Shown here one piece after another: positions 19,703 through 29,787 of a DNA stretch of 64,000 nt (position 1 is its first letter; each line of letters starts with the position of its first letter). Location: contig CAYZOT010000009.1 of assembly GCA_964480515.1 (NCBI GenBank), positions 33,205 to 97,204 of the forward strand, written 5' to 3'. Position numbers and translations under genes: made by a program. The notes under the pieces are model-generated. The model was given only the letters and a program-made list of their open reading frames with translations, did no database searches and was not told the origin of the DNA. This DNA is from an uncultured Gemmatimonadota bacterium (GTDB lineage Bacteria; Gemmatimonadota; Gemmatimonadetes; Palauibacterales; Palauibacteraceae).

Positions 19703-22700
19703 GTCCCGACGAGTCCCGGTCGCCACCTTCCGACAAATCGACTGCCGAGAGTAGATCGACGGAATCGGTGCGTAGCGAAGGGATTGGTACTGATAACGGC
19801 GAAGATGCACGTCCATCCTCAATCGTCGAAACGACTCAAAATTCAGAGGATCAAAATGGGCAACGCGCCGATCCAAGGGCACGAGTACGAATCCTCCTTC
19901 GCGTCCTAGGATTTTTGTCGTTTGCAGTCGCGTTCACTCTGTTCCAATTCACGCAAACCGATACGGGACGCAACGCAGCGGCCTCGATCATTCAGCGGGT
20001 GCTTGCGAATGCAGTGAACGGTCAGGTTGTGATTGGCCCTGTGCTTGATGGTAATGTTTTAACGCGGGTCACACTGAGTCAGTTTAGGATCGATGGGCCA
20101 GATTCTAGCTCGTTCATTGTCCTCGATACTGTGACGGTCGAATACGATCCATTAGCCCTATTTGGCAAACATCTTCGAATAAGGCGTATACATGCACGCC
20201 ATGCTGCTATTCATCTGGTTCAGGGGGTAGATAAAGCTTGGAACTACGACCAGATCTTTGGAACTTCTCACCTTAATCCCGACTTTGAGCAATCCATTTC
20301 TGCCAATTGGGTGGAGCTGGTTAAAGAACCCATCGGTCTTCTGCGTGACATTATTCTCAATGGCGAGGAAGGAGAAACTCCTCTCCGCATCTCGCTCTTC
20401 GATGCGAGTCTTGAAAGAGGAAGCATTGAGATCCGAACGCCGTGGACCGCAGGCCTGGATAAATCGGCTAGGGAGCGTGCGTTAAGCGATGCACGCGCTG
20501 GCGAGTCGTTATGGGCCATTCGGGAATCTGGCAATGGTGAGTTCGAGCGTGTCTATAGACTGGAAAATATTAGCGGAAACTTCCCGGTTATTAGACTCGT
20601 AGATCCTCCTCGTCCTTTTAGGCTGCTCATTGAGGATGTCAGTGGGACACTTCATGCGGTGAATCAACCGCTGGAACTTTCACATCTATCGGGTACGGTA
20701 ACGTTAGGAGATACCGCACGGGTCGAGATCAAGCGTTTTGAGACTAAGAATTCAACGGTATTTGGGACTGGTTGGTTGGCTTCGGCTGTTCCTCTTGAGT
20801 ATGACTTCCAACTCAGTGCAGAACCACTTGGTTTCGAAGATGTTCGTTGGCTACCGATTCCTATGCCCAGGTTGGGGGGCGGCTCGATGGAGATCGGCCT
20901 GACGTCACGCTTGGGAGACATGGTTGTTACGGTATCCGATGCAGATATACGAAGCGAAGATACTCAACTCCGTGGTGGCTTTGTACTGGCGATGGGTCAA
21001 ACTCCCCGTTTCGAGAATTTGGATTTTTCTCTGGAGCCCCTTCGCCTCCAGTGGTTAAACCGCGTCCTTAGCAGAGAGCAGGCAGTTGATGGCTGGATAC
21101 GGGGCTCGCTGGAAGGTTCGGGCCCGGTCGACGATCTCACGATCGATGCCACGCTGTCGCTTGCGGACCTTACTGAAGGAACAACTACGTCGGAGATTAG
21201 GGCTCAAGGCGGGATCGGGATTGTCCAGCCTTTCGCCGTGCATAACCTAGAGCTTGACCTGGAGACATTCGAGCCTAAATGGGTTCGGATCTTGGGGCCG
21301 GACCCACCGTTGGCGGGTCGTATCAATGGTACGGTGACCCTCGATAATAATGATAATGACGATCTTATATTCACTGGCGACGTATCCCATTTCACTTCTA
21401 CAGGTGATTTCTCGGGTGTGTCAGGGTCGGGGACTCTTGATTTCTCAAGAGATCGACTGGTTGATCTTACCCTTGAGGTGCGGCCGCTTGCGCTAAATCT
21501 GCTTAGTCCATGGGTGCCCGGTGTCGAACTTGCAGGGTCTGTGTCGGGTCCGATCCGGATGAGAGGCAATCGCTCCAACCTGTCTGCAACCGCTACGCTT
21601 GAAAGCTCTCGTGGTCGACTCACAATTAATGGCTCTTTCGGGCTTGATAACGATGAGCCTAGATATGACATGCAGATTGAGGCAACAAATCTGCCGCTCG
21701 ACCAATGGATTGAGGGCGCTCCTGATTCACGGTTAGGTGTTTATGGTCGTGTGAATGGAAGAGGGTATGATCCAACCACGCTAGAAGCGGAAGTTGATCT
21801 TGAAGTTCTTCCCTCGCAGTTCGATCTAGTGGAGATCTACGATGGCCGTTTTCGTTTCAATGTGTCTGATGGAGTAGCAGCGGTTGACACCCTCTATCTG
21901 TCAACAGATGTGGGGTTCCTCTCGGCTCGTGGTGATTTTGGTTTGGATGAAAGCCAGATGGAGACTATGGAGTTTAGTCTTCAAGCTCCTGATCTTTCGG
22001 ATTGGGACCGTTGGTTTATCGAGGCAATCCCTGGCGAAAGCATTGTCGCGACGGAGGAAGCACTTTTTGACAGTTTTGAAGCGGCGTTCAGTGGAGCTTC
22101 AGATGAGGAAGCGACGGAAGGTTTGTCTGGAGGTTTGGGTGCACGAGGCTCCGTCACCGGGCGCTGGAAAGATTTTACGGTCGATGTATTCATCGAAGGC
22201 TCACAGGTGCGGTTCGAGAGGTACCGTGCTGACACGTTGTCGGCACGAATCCAACTTTTCGAACCGCCAACCGCCGATGCGACCCTAACACAGTTTACAG
22301 CGGTAGGTGCGGACCTCGACGGTCGGAGACTTGATTCGCTCGATGTTCGTTGGGAGCGCTCCATACCGGCGGGTAATACACTCGAAATCCATGCCCGACG
22401 CGATTCAACACTTGAAGTCTCGGCTCGCGGGAAAATCGAGGCAGGTAGTAATTGGAATGCACACCTTGAGCGCTTAAGGCTACGTCTCGGCAAGTTAGAA
22501 TCGACTTTAGCGCGACCATTTCAGCTTACGTATGTGGATTCAGCTTTTGTGGTGGATGGATTATTACTTACGGGTCCGTTAGGACACGTTGAGGCGAATG
22601 GTACAGTTCCAGCCACGGGAGAGGGTGAACTTCTTGTTAATCTGTCTGGGATCAGAATGGATCAACTGGCTCACCTCTTTTCAGAATCACCCCAGGTCGG

Positions 22701-24384
22701 CGGTATACTAGAAGGGTCCGCCCGTCTTGAGGGAACGCTGACGGACCCTCGTTTTGCGGGTACACTCCACATCGCAGACCCCTCAATTCGTACACATCGA
22801 TATACTGGTCTCGAGGCGCAGTTTGACTATGCCGATAGTCAGCTGGAAGGGCTGATCGATCTGACCGGAGAGAGTGCTCGCCTAGCTCGAGTTAGTGGAT
22901 CCGTCTTTGCAGATTTGTCATTCCGCCGGATCGAAAACCGGTTTCTCGATGATCCGATTGATCTCTCGATCCAGGGAGACAGCGTACCTCTCACTTTATT
23001 AGAACTCCGTGTAGAGGGATTAGAGGAGATCTCAGGTGTTGGGCGTGCGGATATAACTCTCCGCGGAAGGCCAGGAACGCTTAATTACGGAGGAGGCCTC
23101 CGTATCAGTGATGGTCGGTCTTGGGTGCCCGACCTCGGGGTATGGTTAACCGATGTAGACGGCCAAATCAGTTTCCGAGGATCTCAGGCAAATCTGGAAT
23201 CCGGTTATTTGGCCTCCGATTTAGGCGGATTCCTCGAAGTTGAAGGAACATTGGATATTACGTCTTTGACTGATCCTAAGTTCGCTCTTGCAATCGATGC
23301 GACTGACTTTCATGCAATTTCACGTCTTGATATGTCGTTGAAGGTGAGTGGCGAAGGAGGACTTGGCGGTTGGTATACGCAACCGATCCTCACAGGACAA
23401 TTCAACCTCTCAGAGGGGGATATCCGACAGGACGAGTTCCTGCGGCAGCGTCGAGTCCTCGACCTTAGAGATCCTTCAATCTATACGCTTCTTGACTCTG
23501 CCTCAGTTCGCGAACGTCGGTTGCTTGAGCGTTTCCGCAATCCATTCATGGACAATCTCGTGGTCGATGCGAATGTGTCGCTAGGGCCAAACTTATGGTT
23601 GAGGTCGCCAGAACTGGATGTTGAGCTAATCTCCGAAAACTTGGCGGTGGAAGTAGATCGGTCGCAGGACTTAACTACGGTTCGAGGTGGAGTTGAGCTT
23701 CCCCGCGGCACATATCGGTTTGATAGACTCCCGCCGTATGTACAGGCACTTCGTATCACCTCGGGAGCGATTCAATTCGTTGGTAATCCGGATTTTAACC
23801 CGAACCTGTCCATCTCAGCCGAATATAGAAATCAGACCGTTGAAGGTCCTGTGGTCATCGAGGCCCGCATTGGTGGAAGGTTGCGCGAGAGTACACTGGA
23901 TCTCACTAGTAATCCCCCAATGAGTGAGACAGATCGGTTGTGCTTCCTAGCTGTTGGAACTCCTTGTTACCAATCTGCCGATTCTCAATTAGGCCAGCGC
24001 TTGGTTAGGCAGAGCATCCTGGGTACGGTGAGCTCGGGCATATCGTCAGCGCTTGTCGGTTCTACGGGATTGTCGTACTTCAACCTCCGTTCTATTGGTG
24101 GGGGAGAGCGAGGAGTTGGGCTGCAGGGGTCGCAAAGCGTTTTCGACTTGACGTTGGTCGAAGTTGGGTGGTATGCAGGACAAGACCTCTTTTTGTCTTT
24201 TTCACAGCCTCTTGGTGGTGGTCCCGCTCGCGCGGCGCTTGAGTGGATGTTTCTTCCGAACTGGACGATTGAAGCTCGATCGGCAAGCAGATTTGATGAG
24301 CGCTTATTCGGGATGGCTCGGGGGACGAACCTCGTTAACGAGCGAACCTTCGGACTATTCCTTTTCCGTGATTGGGATTTCTGA
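19699..24384 (+). CDS. tamB: Translocation and assembly module protein TamB (DUF490 family)
   Basis: 1561 aa. N-terminal signal-anchor (ILLRVLGFLSFAVAFTLFQF), a long beta-rich body and a DUF490-like C-terminus. TTGA overlap with the tamA stop. Confidence 0.88.
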   Translation: MSPDESRSPPSDKSTAESRSTESVRSEGIGTDNGEDARPSSIVETTQNSEDQNGQRADPRARVRILLRVLGFLSFAVAFTLFQFTQTDTGRNAAASIIQRVLANAVNGQVVIGPVLDGNVLTRVTLSQFRIDGPDSSSFIVLDTVTVEYDPLALFGKHLRIRRIHARHAAIHLVQGVDKAWNYDQIFGTSHLNPDFEQSISANWVELVKEPIGLLRDIILNGEEGETPLRISLFDASLERGSIEIRTPWTAGLDKSARERALSDARAGESLWAIRESGNGEFERVYRLENISGNFPVIRLVDPPRPFRLLIEDVSGTLHAVNQPLELSHLSGTVTLGDTARVEIKRFETKNSTVFGTGWLASAVPLEYDFQLSAEPLGFEDVRWLPIPMPRLGGGSMEIGLTSRLGDMVVTVSDADIRSEDTQLRGGFVLAMGQTPRFENLDFSLEPLRLQWLNRVLSREQAVDGWIRGSLEGSGPVDDLTIDATLSLADLTEGTTTSEIRAQGGIGIVQPFAVHNLELDLETFEPKWVRILGPDPPLAGRINGTVTLDNNDNDDLIFTGDVSHFTSTGDFSGVSGSGTLDFSRDRLVDLTLEVRPLALNLLSPWVPGVELAGSVSGPIRMRGNRSNLSATATLESSRGRLTINGSFGLDNDEPRYDMQIEATNLPLDQWIEGAPDSRLGVYGRVNGRGYDPTTLEAEVDLEVLPSQFDLVEIYDGRFRFNVSDGVAAVDTLYLSTDVGFLSARGDFGLDESQMETMEFSLQAPDLSDWDRWFIEAIPGESIVATEEALFDSFEAAFSGASDEEATEGLSGGLGARGSVTGRWKDFTVDVFIEGSQVRFERYRADTLSARIQLFEPPTADATLTQFTAVGADLDGRRLDSLDVRWERSIPAGNTLEIHARRDSTLEVSARGKIEAGSNWNAHLERLRLRLGKLESTLARPFQLTYVDSAFVVDGLLLTGPLGHVEANGTVPATGEGELLVNLSGIRMDQLAHLFSESPQVGGILEGSARLEGTLTDPRFAGTLHIADPSIRTHRYTGLEAQFDYADSQLEGLIDLTGESARLARVSGSVFADLSFRRIENRFLDDPIDLSIQGDSVPLTLLELRVEGLEEISGVGRADITLRGRPGTLNYGGGLRISDGRSWVPDLGVWLTDVDGQISFRGSQANLESGYLASDLGGFLEVEGTLDITSLTDPKFALAIDATDFHAISRLDMSLKVSGEGGLGGWYTQPILTGQFNLSEGDIRQDEFLRQRRVLDLRDPSIYTLLDSASVRERRLLERFRNPFMDNLVVDANVSLGPNLWLRSPELDVELISENLAVEVDRSQDLTTVRGGVELPRGTYRFDRLPPYVQALRITSGAIQFVGNPDFNPNLSISAEYRNQTVEGPVVIEARIGGRLRESTLDLTSNPPMSETDRLCFLAVGTPCYQSADSQLGQRLVRQSILGTVSSGISSALVGSTGLSYFNLRSIGGGERGVGLQGSQSVFDLTLVEVGWYAGQDLFLSFSQPLGGGPARAALEWMFLPNWTIEARSASRFDERLFGMARGTNLVNERTFGLFLFRDWDF

Positions 24385-24471
24385 CTTGCGCTCGGGTGTC
24401 TGGATACGGAACCTCTATGGCGCCAGAGCCAGCTATACGCCCAGCGAGTAAACGGACTCGTCGGAGGTTGA

Positions 24472-25413
24472 TTGTCAAAGAACGAAGGTCCATCCAAGAT
24501 CGAGTATCCATTTCCCGACTCCGAACGCTTCCTCGTGCTTCTCAATCGGGGAGCTAGTGGAAGGCCAGTCACAACCCTACGTCGTCAACTAGCGGGAGCT
24601 TTTTCGGCTAGAGGCGTACCGTTTGACATCGTAGAACCATCCGACAGGGAAGAAGCTTTCCATGTTACTCGCGCCGCAGCCAAGAGGGGTTATCGGGCTG
24701 TCGTAGCGGTTGGGGGAGACGGTACCGTGGGCGTTGCACTTCGCGGGACTGCTGGTACAGAAGTCCCAGTCGCGATCGTTCCGTGCGGCACTGGAAATCA
24801 ATTGGCTTTGAATTTTGGTGTCCCAAGTTCGCTCGAAGAGAGTGTGGGTGTCGCTGTAGAAGGGAGTGTGGTCAAGATCGATATAGGACGGGCGAATGGT
24901 GAACCTTTTGCACTCATGGCTGGAGCTGGGCTTGACGCCGACGTCATGACTGACGCGACCACGGAACTCAAGAACAGGTTTGGGTTTGCTGCTTATCTAT
25001 ACAGTGGCCTCAAGAATGTGATAGTTCCTCCGAGCGCTGATTTCCGAATTGTTGCTGATGAGCACGAAGTAGAGGTGAACGCGTCGATGGTTCTGTTGGC
25101 GAACGCAGGCCAGCTGAAAGCTGGACCGCTCCCAGTCGAATTGACTGTCGCTCCAGAGTCTTCGTTCCAAGATGGCCTTATCGATGTATGCATCTATGCA
25201 CCTCGAAATCTACCTGAGGTTGCGGGCCTATTGTGGCAGGTGGCACGTAGGCAATTCGCTGGAAATGAGCGCATGATTTTTCTTCAAGCCAAAAAAATCC
25301 GGATCGAATCCAACCCTCCAGTTGCAATCCAAATTGATGGCGAACCAAGAGGGGAAACACCGATTGAAGCTGAGATCGAACCCTTAGGTGGCAGAGTCCT
25401 AGTCCCACGCTAA
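24472..25413 (+). CDS. Diacylglycerol kinase catalytic-domain lipid kinase (YegS/BmrU-like)
   Basis: VVAVGGDGTVG and VAIVPCGTGNQLA motifs. 313 aa. TTG start. Confidence 0.85.
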   Translation: MSKNEGPSKIEYPFPDSERFLVLLNRGASGRPVTTLRRQLAGAFSARGVPFDIVEPSDREEAFHVTRAAAKRGYRAVVAVGGDGTVGVALRGTAGTEVPVAIVPCGTGNQLALNFGVPSSLEESVGVAVEGSVVKIDIGRANGEPFALMAGAGLDADVMTDATTELKNRFGFAAYLYSGLKNVIVPPSADFRIVADEHEVEVNASMVLLANAGQLKAGPLPVELTVAPESSFQDGLIDVCIYAPRNLPEVAGLLWQVARRQFAGNERMIFLQAKKIRIESNPPVAIQIDGEPRGETPIEAEIEPLGGRVLVPR

Positions 25414-25454
25414 GTCTGGCTAGGGTGTTTATGTCCAGGAGCGTACATGCCGGA

Positions 25455-26762
25455 TCAGTACATTAAATAGGGTCTTCGCAGCCCCTTGAACTCCGACCGC
25501 TCATTGATCCATGCCTCAACGATATTCTCGAGTTCGTCGCCACGATCAATTGCGAGGCGAAGCCCATCATACCCGGCCAAACGATCGAAATGGCGCTTAT
25601 TCCAAACCCAAGCTTTTCCGGATAGGCGACGCGCTTCGATTAGGGCAGCCACCGCTGTTAGCACTGGATCGTACGAGGTACGATTAGTCACCACGAGTCG
25701 GATTCCAGTCATTGTCACCCCGTCAAACTTTCCATCACTCGGGTCTTGAGGAGTGAACTCGGAGATTTCTATACGAACCCCTGGAAGGTTATAGTCGACG
25801 AGTCGCTCTGCCCAAAGCGCACCATCCAACCAAGGGCTACCCAATAATTGAAAGGCTTCCGTCGTTCCTCTTCCCACCGAAAAGTTCGTACCCTCGAACA
25901 GACAAGTGCCCGGATAATGAGTTGCGCTCTCTAGTGAGGGCATGTTCAGTGACGGAGGTACCCAAACGAGTCCTGTATCATCGAACCAGAGATTGCGAGT
26001 CCATCCCATTGTGGGCACAACGTGGAGGTCAACCTCGATATTGAACTCGCCGGTAAACAGGTGCGCTAGTTCACCAATCGTCATCCCGTGTCTCACCGGA
26101 ATTGGGTAGGGTCCAACAAAACTTGCGAAGGCAGGATTAAGAGTGGGTCCGTTAACAGCACCACCAAGCGGATTAGGTCGGTCCAACACAACAAATGGCA
26201 TCTTTTCTCGTCCGGCTGCCTTCATAGCTAAGGCCATTGTGGACTGGTATGTGTAGTACCGTGCCCCTATATCCTGAAGGTCGAAGACGAGCACATCGAT
26301 CCCCCCCAGCATCTTCTCAGTCGGGGCACGAGTCTTACCGTAGAGCGAATAAATGGGAATGCCAGTGCTGGGATCAACAGTGTCTGGAATTTCTATGCCC
26401 TCGGGTTGGCTTCCACGAATCCCATGTTCAGGTGCGAAGAGGGCCACGAGGTTGGTTCTTGGGTAGGTGTAGAGAATATCAATTGAACTTGTCCCATCCC
26501 GACTCACGCCGCTTCGGTTAGTGATAAGGCCAACTCTACGGCCATCAATAAGATGAGATGAATCGGATAACAAAATATCGATCCCGGGTCGGACGTCATG
26601 GGTGTAGTTAGACGTAATCGACTGGTCTGTTGATGGCGCTTGCCCGCATGCGCTCAGGGCCAGCGCAAAAGCGAGGACACCGGTACGTTTAGCTAGAGGT
26701 GGCCACGCGGAGGAGTACTTGCCTGCCTCGCTGATAGACGCACAAAGGGAGATGCTTAACAT
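25455..26762 (-). CDS. namZ: DUF1343 family exo-beta-N-acetylmuramidase (NamZ-like) lipoprotein
   Basis: DLQDIGARYYTY and VVLDRPNPLGG motifs of DUF1343/NamZ. Lipobox LALSAC. ATG at 26762 is the only start that keeps the signal peptide without a 150-nt antisense overlap. Confidence 0.85.
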   Translation of the reverse strand: MLSISLCASISEAGKYSSAWPPLAKRTGVLAFALALSACGQAPSTDQSITSNYTHDVRPGIDILLSDSSHLIDGRRVGLITNRSGVSRDGTSSIDILYTYPRTNLVALFAPEHGIRGSQPEGIEIPDTVDPSTGIPIYSLYGKTRAPTEKMLGGIDVLVFDLQDIGARYYTYQSTMALAMKAAGREKMPFVVLDRPNPLGGAVNGPTLNPAFASFVGPYPIPVRHGMTIGELAHLFTGEFNIEVDLHVVPTMGWTRNLWFDDTGLVWVPPSLNMPSLESATHYPGTCLFEGTNFSVGRGTTEAFQLLGSPWLDGALWAERLVDYNLPGVRIEISEFTPQDPSDGKFDGVTMTGIRLVVTNRTSYDPVLTAVAALIEARRLSGKAWVWNKRHFDRLAGYDGLRLAIDRGDELENIVEAWINERSEFKGLRRPYLMY

Positions 26763-29700
26763 GCAGGGGAGATTAGGGTTGGTGCGAAGTTGTGGAAAGC
26801 GGTCAACATCGCTGCGGTCCGGCATTCTCGTGCTTAGCCTCATGGCAATCCTAGTTTCCGTCGTACCAGAATCTCCAGCCGCACACCCGTTGTCGTGCTC
26901 CAGCCCCACGCAGGTGTTGTCGCACGAATCAGAAAAGTGGATTGAGGAAACACTTGCACAACTTGATCTGCGGGAGCGTGTCGGTCAGCTGGTGATGGTC
27001 TGGATGAGCGGAGGTTACGCTTCGGCCGACGACGTCGAATTTGCCCGAGTGGAAGAGCTTGTTCGAGATCAAGATATTGGAGGGATTGTTATCTCTCTCG
27101 GAACCCCTTTCGGCTACGCTTCTCGTCTTAACCGACTGCAGGCTGAGTCTGATGTCCCACTGCTGATAGCCGCAGACTTTGAGGCAGGCCCCGGATATCG
27201 AGTTGGGGAACCCTATTCACTCCCGCTCATGCTCGGGCTAGGCGGTGCGACAACCTTCCCCCCGGCCATGGCGTTTGGTGCTGCTGATGATGAGAGTCTG
27301 GCTTATGAGGCGGGGAGGATTACCGCAATCGAAGCACGTGCGATGGGTGTCCACCTGAACTTCGCACCGGTGCTGGACGTAAATAATAATCCGGCTAATC
27401 CGGTCATAAACACACGCTCGTTAGGTGCAGATCCCGAGAGAGTCTCAGCTTTGGGTGTGGCCTACATAAAGGGGGCGTGTGAGGGCGGGTTACTGACGAC
27501 AGCGAAACATTTTCCCGGTCATGGAGATACTGAGACAGATACGCACGTCGCACTTGCCATGATCCCGGGAGACCGAGCCAGACTTGACCGCATCGAATTG
27601 GTGCCTTTCCGGCGGGCTATTGCGGCAGGTGTGGATGCAGTAATGACAGCCCATGTTGCGGCACCACAGATCTTAGGTGACAGAGCGGTTCCTGCCACAC
27701 TTTCTCCATATTTTATGACTCAGGTTCTGCGGGAGGATCTTGATTTTAATGGAGTATTATTTACGGATGCGCTAGAAATGGGGGCGCTTGTAAATCGGTT
27801 TGGCGCGGAGGAGATTGCTGTCGTTGCGCTGGAAGCGGGCGCGGATGTTTTACTGATGCCGCGCGAGCCCGAACGTACGATTAATGCCGTGGTGGCTGCC
27901 GTTGAACGTGGTCGGGTGACGGAAGAGCGTGTAGAGCAGTCAGTGCGACGATTACTACGCCTTAAAGCCCGGGCAGAGCTGGATCGCGGGGCAGAGGTCG
28001 ATACTGAAGTGATCCCAAGTCTCGTTGGGGTCGATGCACATACTTCAGTCGCCGATACAGTTGCCAGTCGATCCCTAACTTTGGTGCGAGATCTGGCAGG
28101 TGATGTCCCCTTCGACTCTTCGCATACACGTATGGTGTTGTCGCTTACGTTCTCGCGATCAACGGACCTGGCAGCTGGCCGAGTCTTCGATGCGCGATTG
28201 CGCGAAGCGACTAAGGTTGTGCAGGCTCGCACGAATGTTGAGAGTCATGCCAGTGTTTATGACTCACTGGTTCGCGTAGCCGTAGATGCTGATTTGGTCC
28301 TCATTTCAGCCTATGTGCCGCCAAGGACTGCCGAGCCACTATTAGCTCTTCCTGACGCACTAACCCAGTTTGTTTCCCGTGTAGAAGGGTTAGGGACACC
28401 GACCGTCCTCGTCTCATTTGGTACCCCCTACATTCTCGATTCGCTACCTGAGGCATTTGCTTATCTCGTGGCGTGGGGAGGCTCAGCGGCGTCACAGCGC
28501 GCTGCGGCTGATGCGCTTTTGGGACGGTCTCCAATCACTGGTCGACTTCCGATTTCACTGCCTCCACTTCACAGGATGGGAGAAGGGGTAGATCGAAACA
28601 TAGGAGCGTTTCGACCCAGGACTTCGGATGAACTTGATCCGAAGGGATCAGAGACGCGGCCAAGTGTTGTTGGGATGGATCCCGAAGGGCTAGCTCGTGT
28701 GGATCGAATCCTTGCCGATGCTATCGAAGGTGGTACAACCCCTGGGGCAGCGATCGCGATTGGTCGGCACGGGCGCCTGGTAAGACTGCGGGGGATAGGC
28801 CGGCTCGATTGGGCAGAAGAGTCATCTATAGTTACAGACTCAAGTCTTTACGATCTTGCGTCGCTGACGAAGGTGATTGCTACGACCACAGCTGTAATGG
28901 GACTCGTTGATGAGGGCCGGGTGCAATTAGATCATCTTGTCGGTGACTACCTGCCCGAGTGGTCCCGTGGCTGGAAAGCCAGCATCACAATCCGGGACCT
29001 GTTACTCCACCGTAGTGGTCTTCCCCCATTCCGTCCATTCTGGCGGGAGTTGGAAGGTAAAGCGGCATACCGCGAAGCGATTGCACACTTGGAAGTTACT
29101 TATCCGCCCAGGTCTCGCACTGTATATTCTGATATTGGCCTGATAGTGCTCTCGTTCGTGGTAGAGCAGATCACAGGCGGGTCCCTGAATGGCCACGTCC
29201 AGGAAGCATTCTTTAATCCATTGCATATGCGAGATACCAGATTTAACCCACGTGTGGCACTCCGGTATCGAATTGCCCCCACAGAAATGGATACTGTGTT
29301 TCGCCACCGACACTTGGTTGGGGAAGTCCATGATGAGAACGCATATGCGCTGGGGGGTGTGGCTGGACATGCGGGTTTGTTTTCGTCCGTCCGCGATTTG
29401 GCTCGGTTTGGAAATTGGATCTTGGCGGCAGCGCGAGAGGGGAGGGGACTGTCGGATGCCGTGACGCTCCCGTCTGAGATGCCCTCTCCCGCCACGGTGG
29501 CCGAGTTTACACGTCGCTCAGGCGGTGAAGCGAGTCGGGCACTAGGGTGGGACACTCCGTCCGGTCGCTCGTCAGCGGGTCGATTTTTCGGGCCTGAAGC
29601 GTTCGGTCATACGGGTTTCACGGGGACGAGCATTTGGGTCGATCCAGAGCTAGACCTATTCGTCGTTCTCCTTACGAATCGTGTAAATCCGACTCGAGAT

Positions 29701-29787
29701 AATCAGAAACACGTTTTTCTCCGGCGAGTCGTCCACGATGCGGTGGCTTCTTCGATCCAAGATAAGACCATGGAGCCACGTCCCTGA
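26761..29787 (+). CDS. Fusion protein: GH3 beta-N-acetylhexosaminidase (NagZ-like, two-domain) plus C-terminal beta-lactamase-fold serine hydrolase (AmiE/AmpH-like)
   Basis: The N-terminal half carries GH3 motifs (..AADFEAGPG.., KHFPGHGDTETDTH). The C-terminal domain starts at about nt 28670 and has SxxK (SLTK, 28861-28872), YSD and HTG motifs. AAGGGAG lies 9 nt upstream of ATG 26761. TTG 26779 and GTG 26782 are alternatives. Confidence 0.85.
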   Translation: MQGRLGLVRSCGKRSTSLRSGILVLSLMAILVSVVPESPAAHPLSCSSPTQVLSHESEKWIEETLAQLDLRERVGQLVMVWMSGGYASADDVEFARVEELVRDQDIGGIVISLGTPFGYASRLNRLQAESDVPLLIAADFEAGPGYRVGEPYSLPLMLGLGGATTFPPAMAFGAADDESLAYEAGRITAIEARAMGVHLNFAPVLDVNNNPANPVINTRSLGADPERVSALGVAYIKGACEGGLLTTAKHFPGHGDTETDTHVALAMIPGDRARLDRIELVPFRRAIAAGVDAVMTAHVAAPQILGDRAVPATLSPYFMTQVLREDLDFNGVLFTDALEMGALVNRFGAEEIAVVALEAGADVLLMPREPERTINAVVAAVERGRVTEERVEQSVRRLLRLKARAELDRGAEVDTEVIPSLVGVDAHTSVADTVASRSLTLVRDLAGDVPFDSSHTRMVLSLTFSRSTDLAAGRVFDARLREATKVVQARTNVESHASVYDSLVRVAVDADLVLISAYVPPRTAEPLLALPDALTQFVSRVEGLGTPTVLVSFGTPYILDSLPEAFAYLVAWGGSAASQRAAADALLGRSPITGRLPISLPPLHRMGEGVDRNIGAFRPRTSDELDPKGSETRPSVVGMDPEGLARVDRILADAIEGGTTPGAAIAIGRHGRLVRLRGIGRLDWAEESSIVTDSSLYDLASLTKVIATTTAVMGLVDEGRVQLDHLVGDYLPEWSRGWKASITIRDLLLHRSGLPPFRPFWRELEGKAAYREAIAHLEVTYPPRSRTVYSDIGLIVLSFVVEQITGGSLNGHVQEAFFNPLHMRDTRFNPRVALRYRIAPTEMDTVFRHRHLVGEVHDENAYALGGVAGHAGLFSSVRDLARFGNWILAAAREGRGLSDAVTLPSEMPSPATVAEFTRRSGGEASRALGWDTPSGRSSAGRFFGPEAFGHTGFTGTSIWVDPELDLFVVLLTNRVNPTRDNQKHVFLRRVVHDAVASSIQDKTMEPRP

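Noticed and set aside
26763-26909. Long N-terminal extensions of NamZ (ATG 26909) and of the GH3 fusion (TTG 26719), giving a 190-nt antisense overlap
   Set aside because: The extensions add non-signal-peptide sequence ahead of clear signal peptides. An SD supports ATG 26761 for the plus gene, and ATG 26762 suffices for the NamZ lipoprotein signal.
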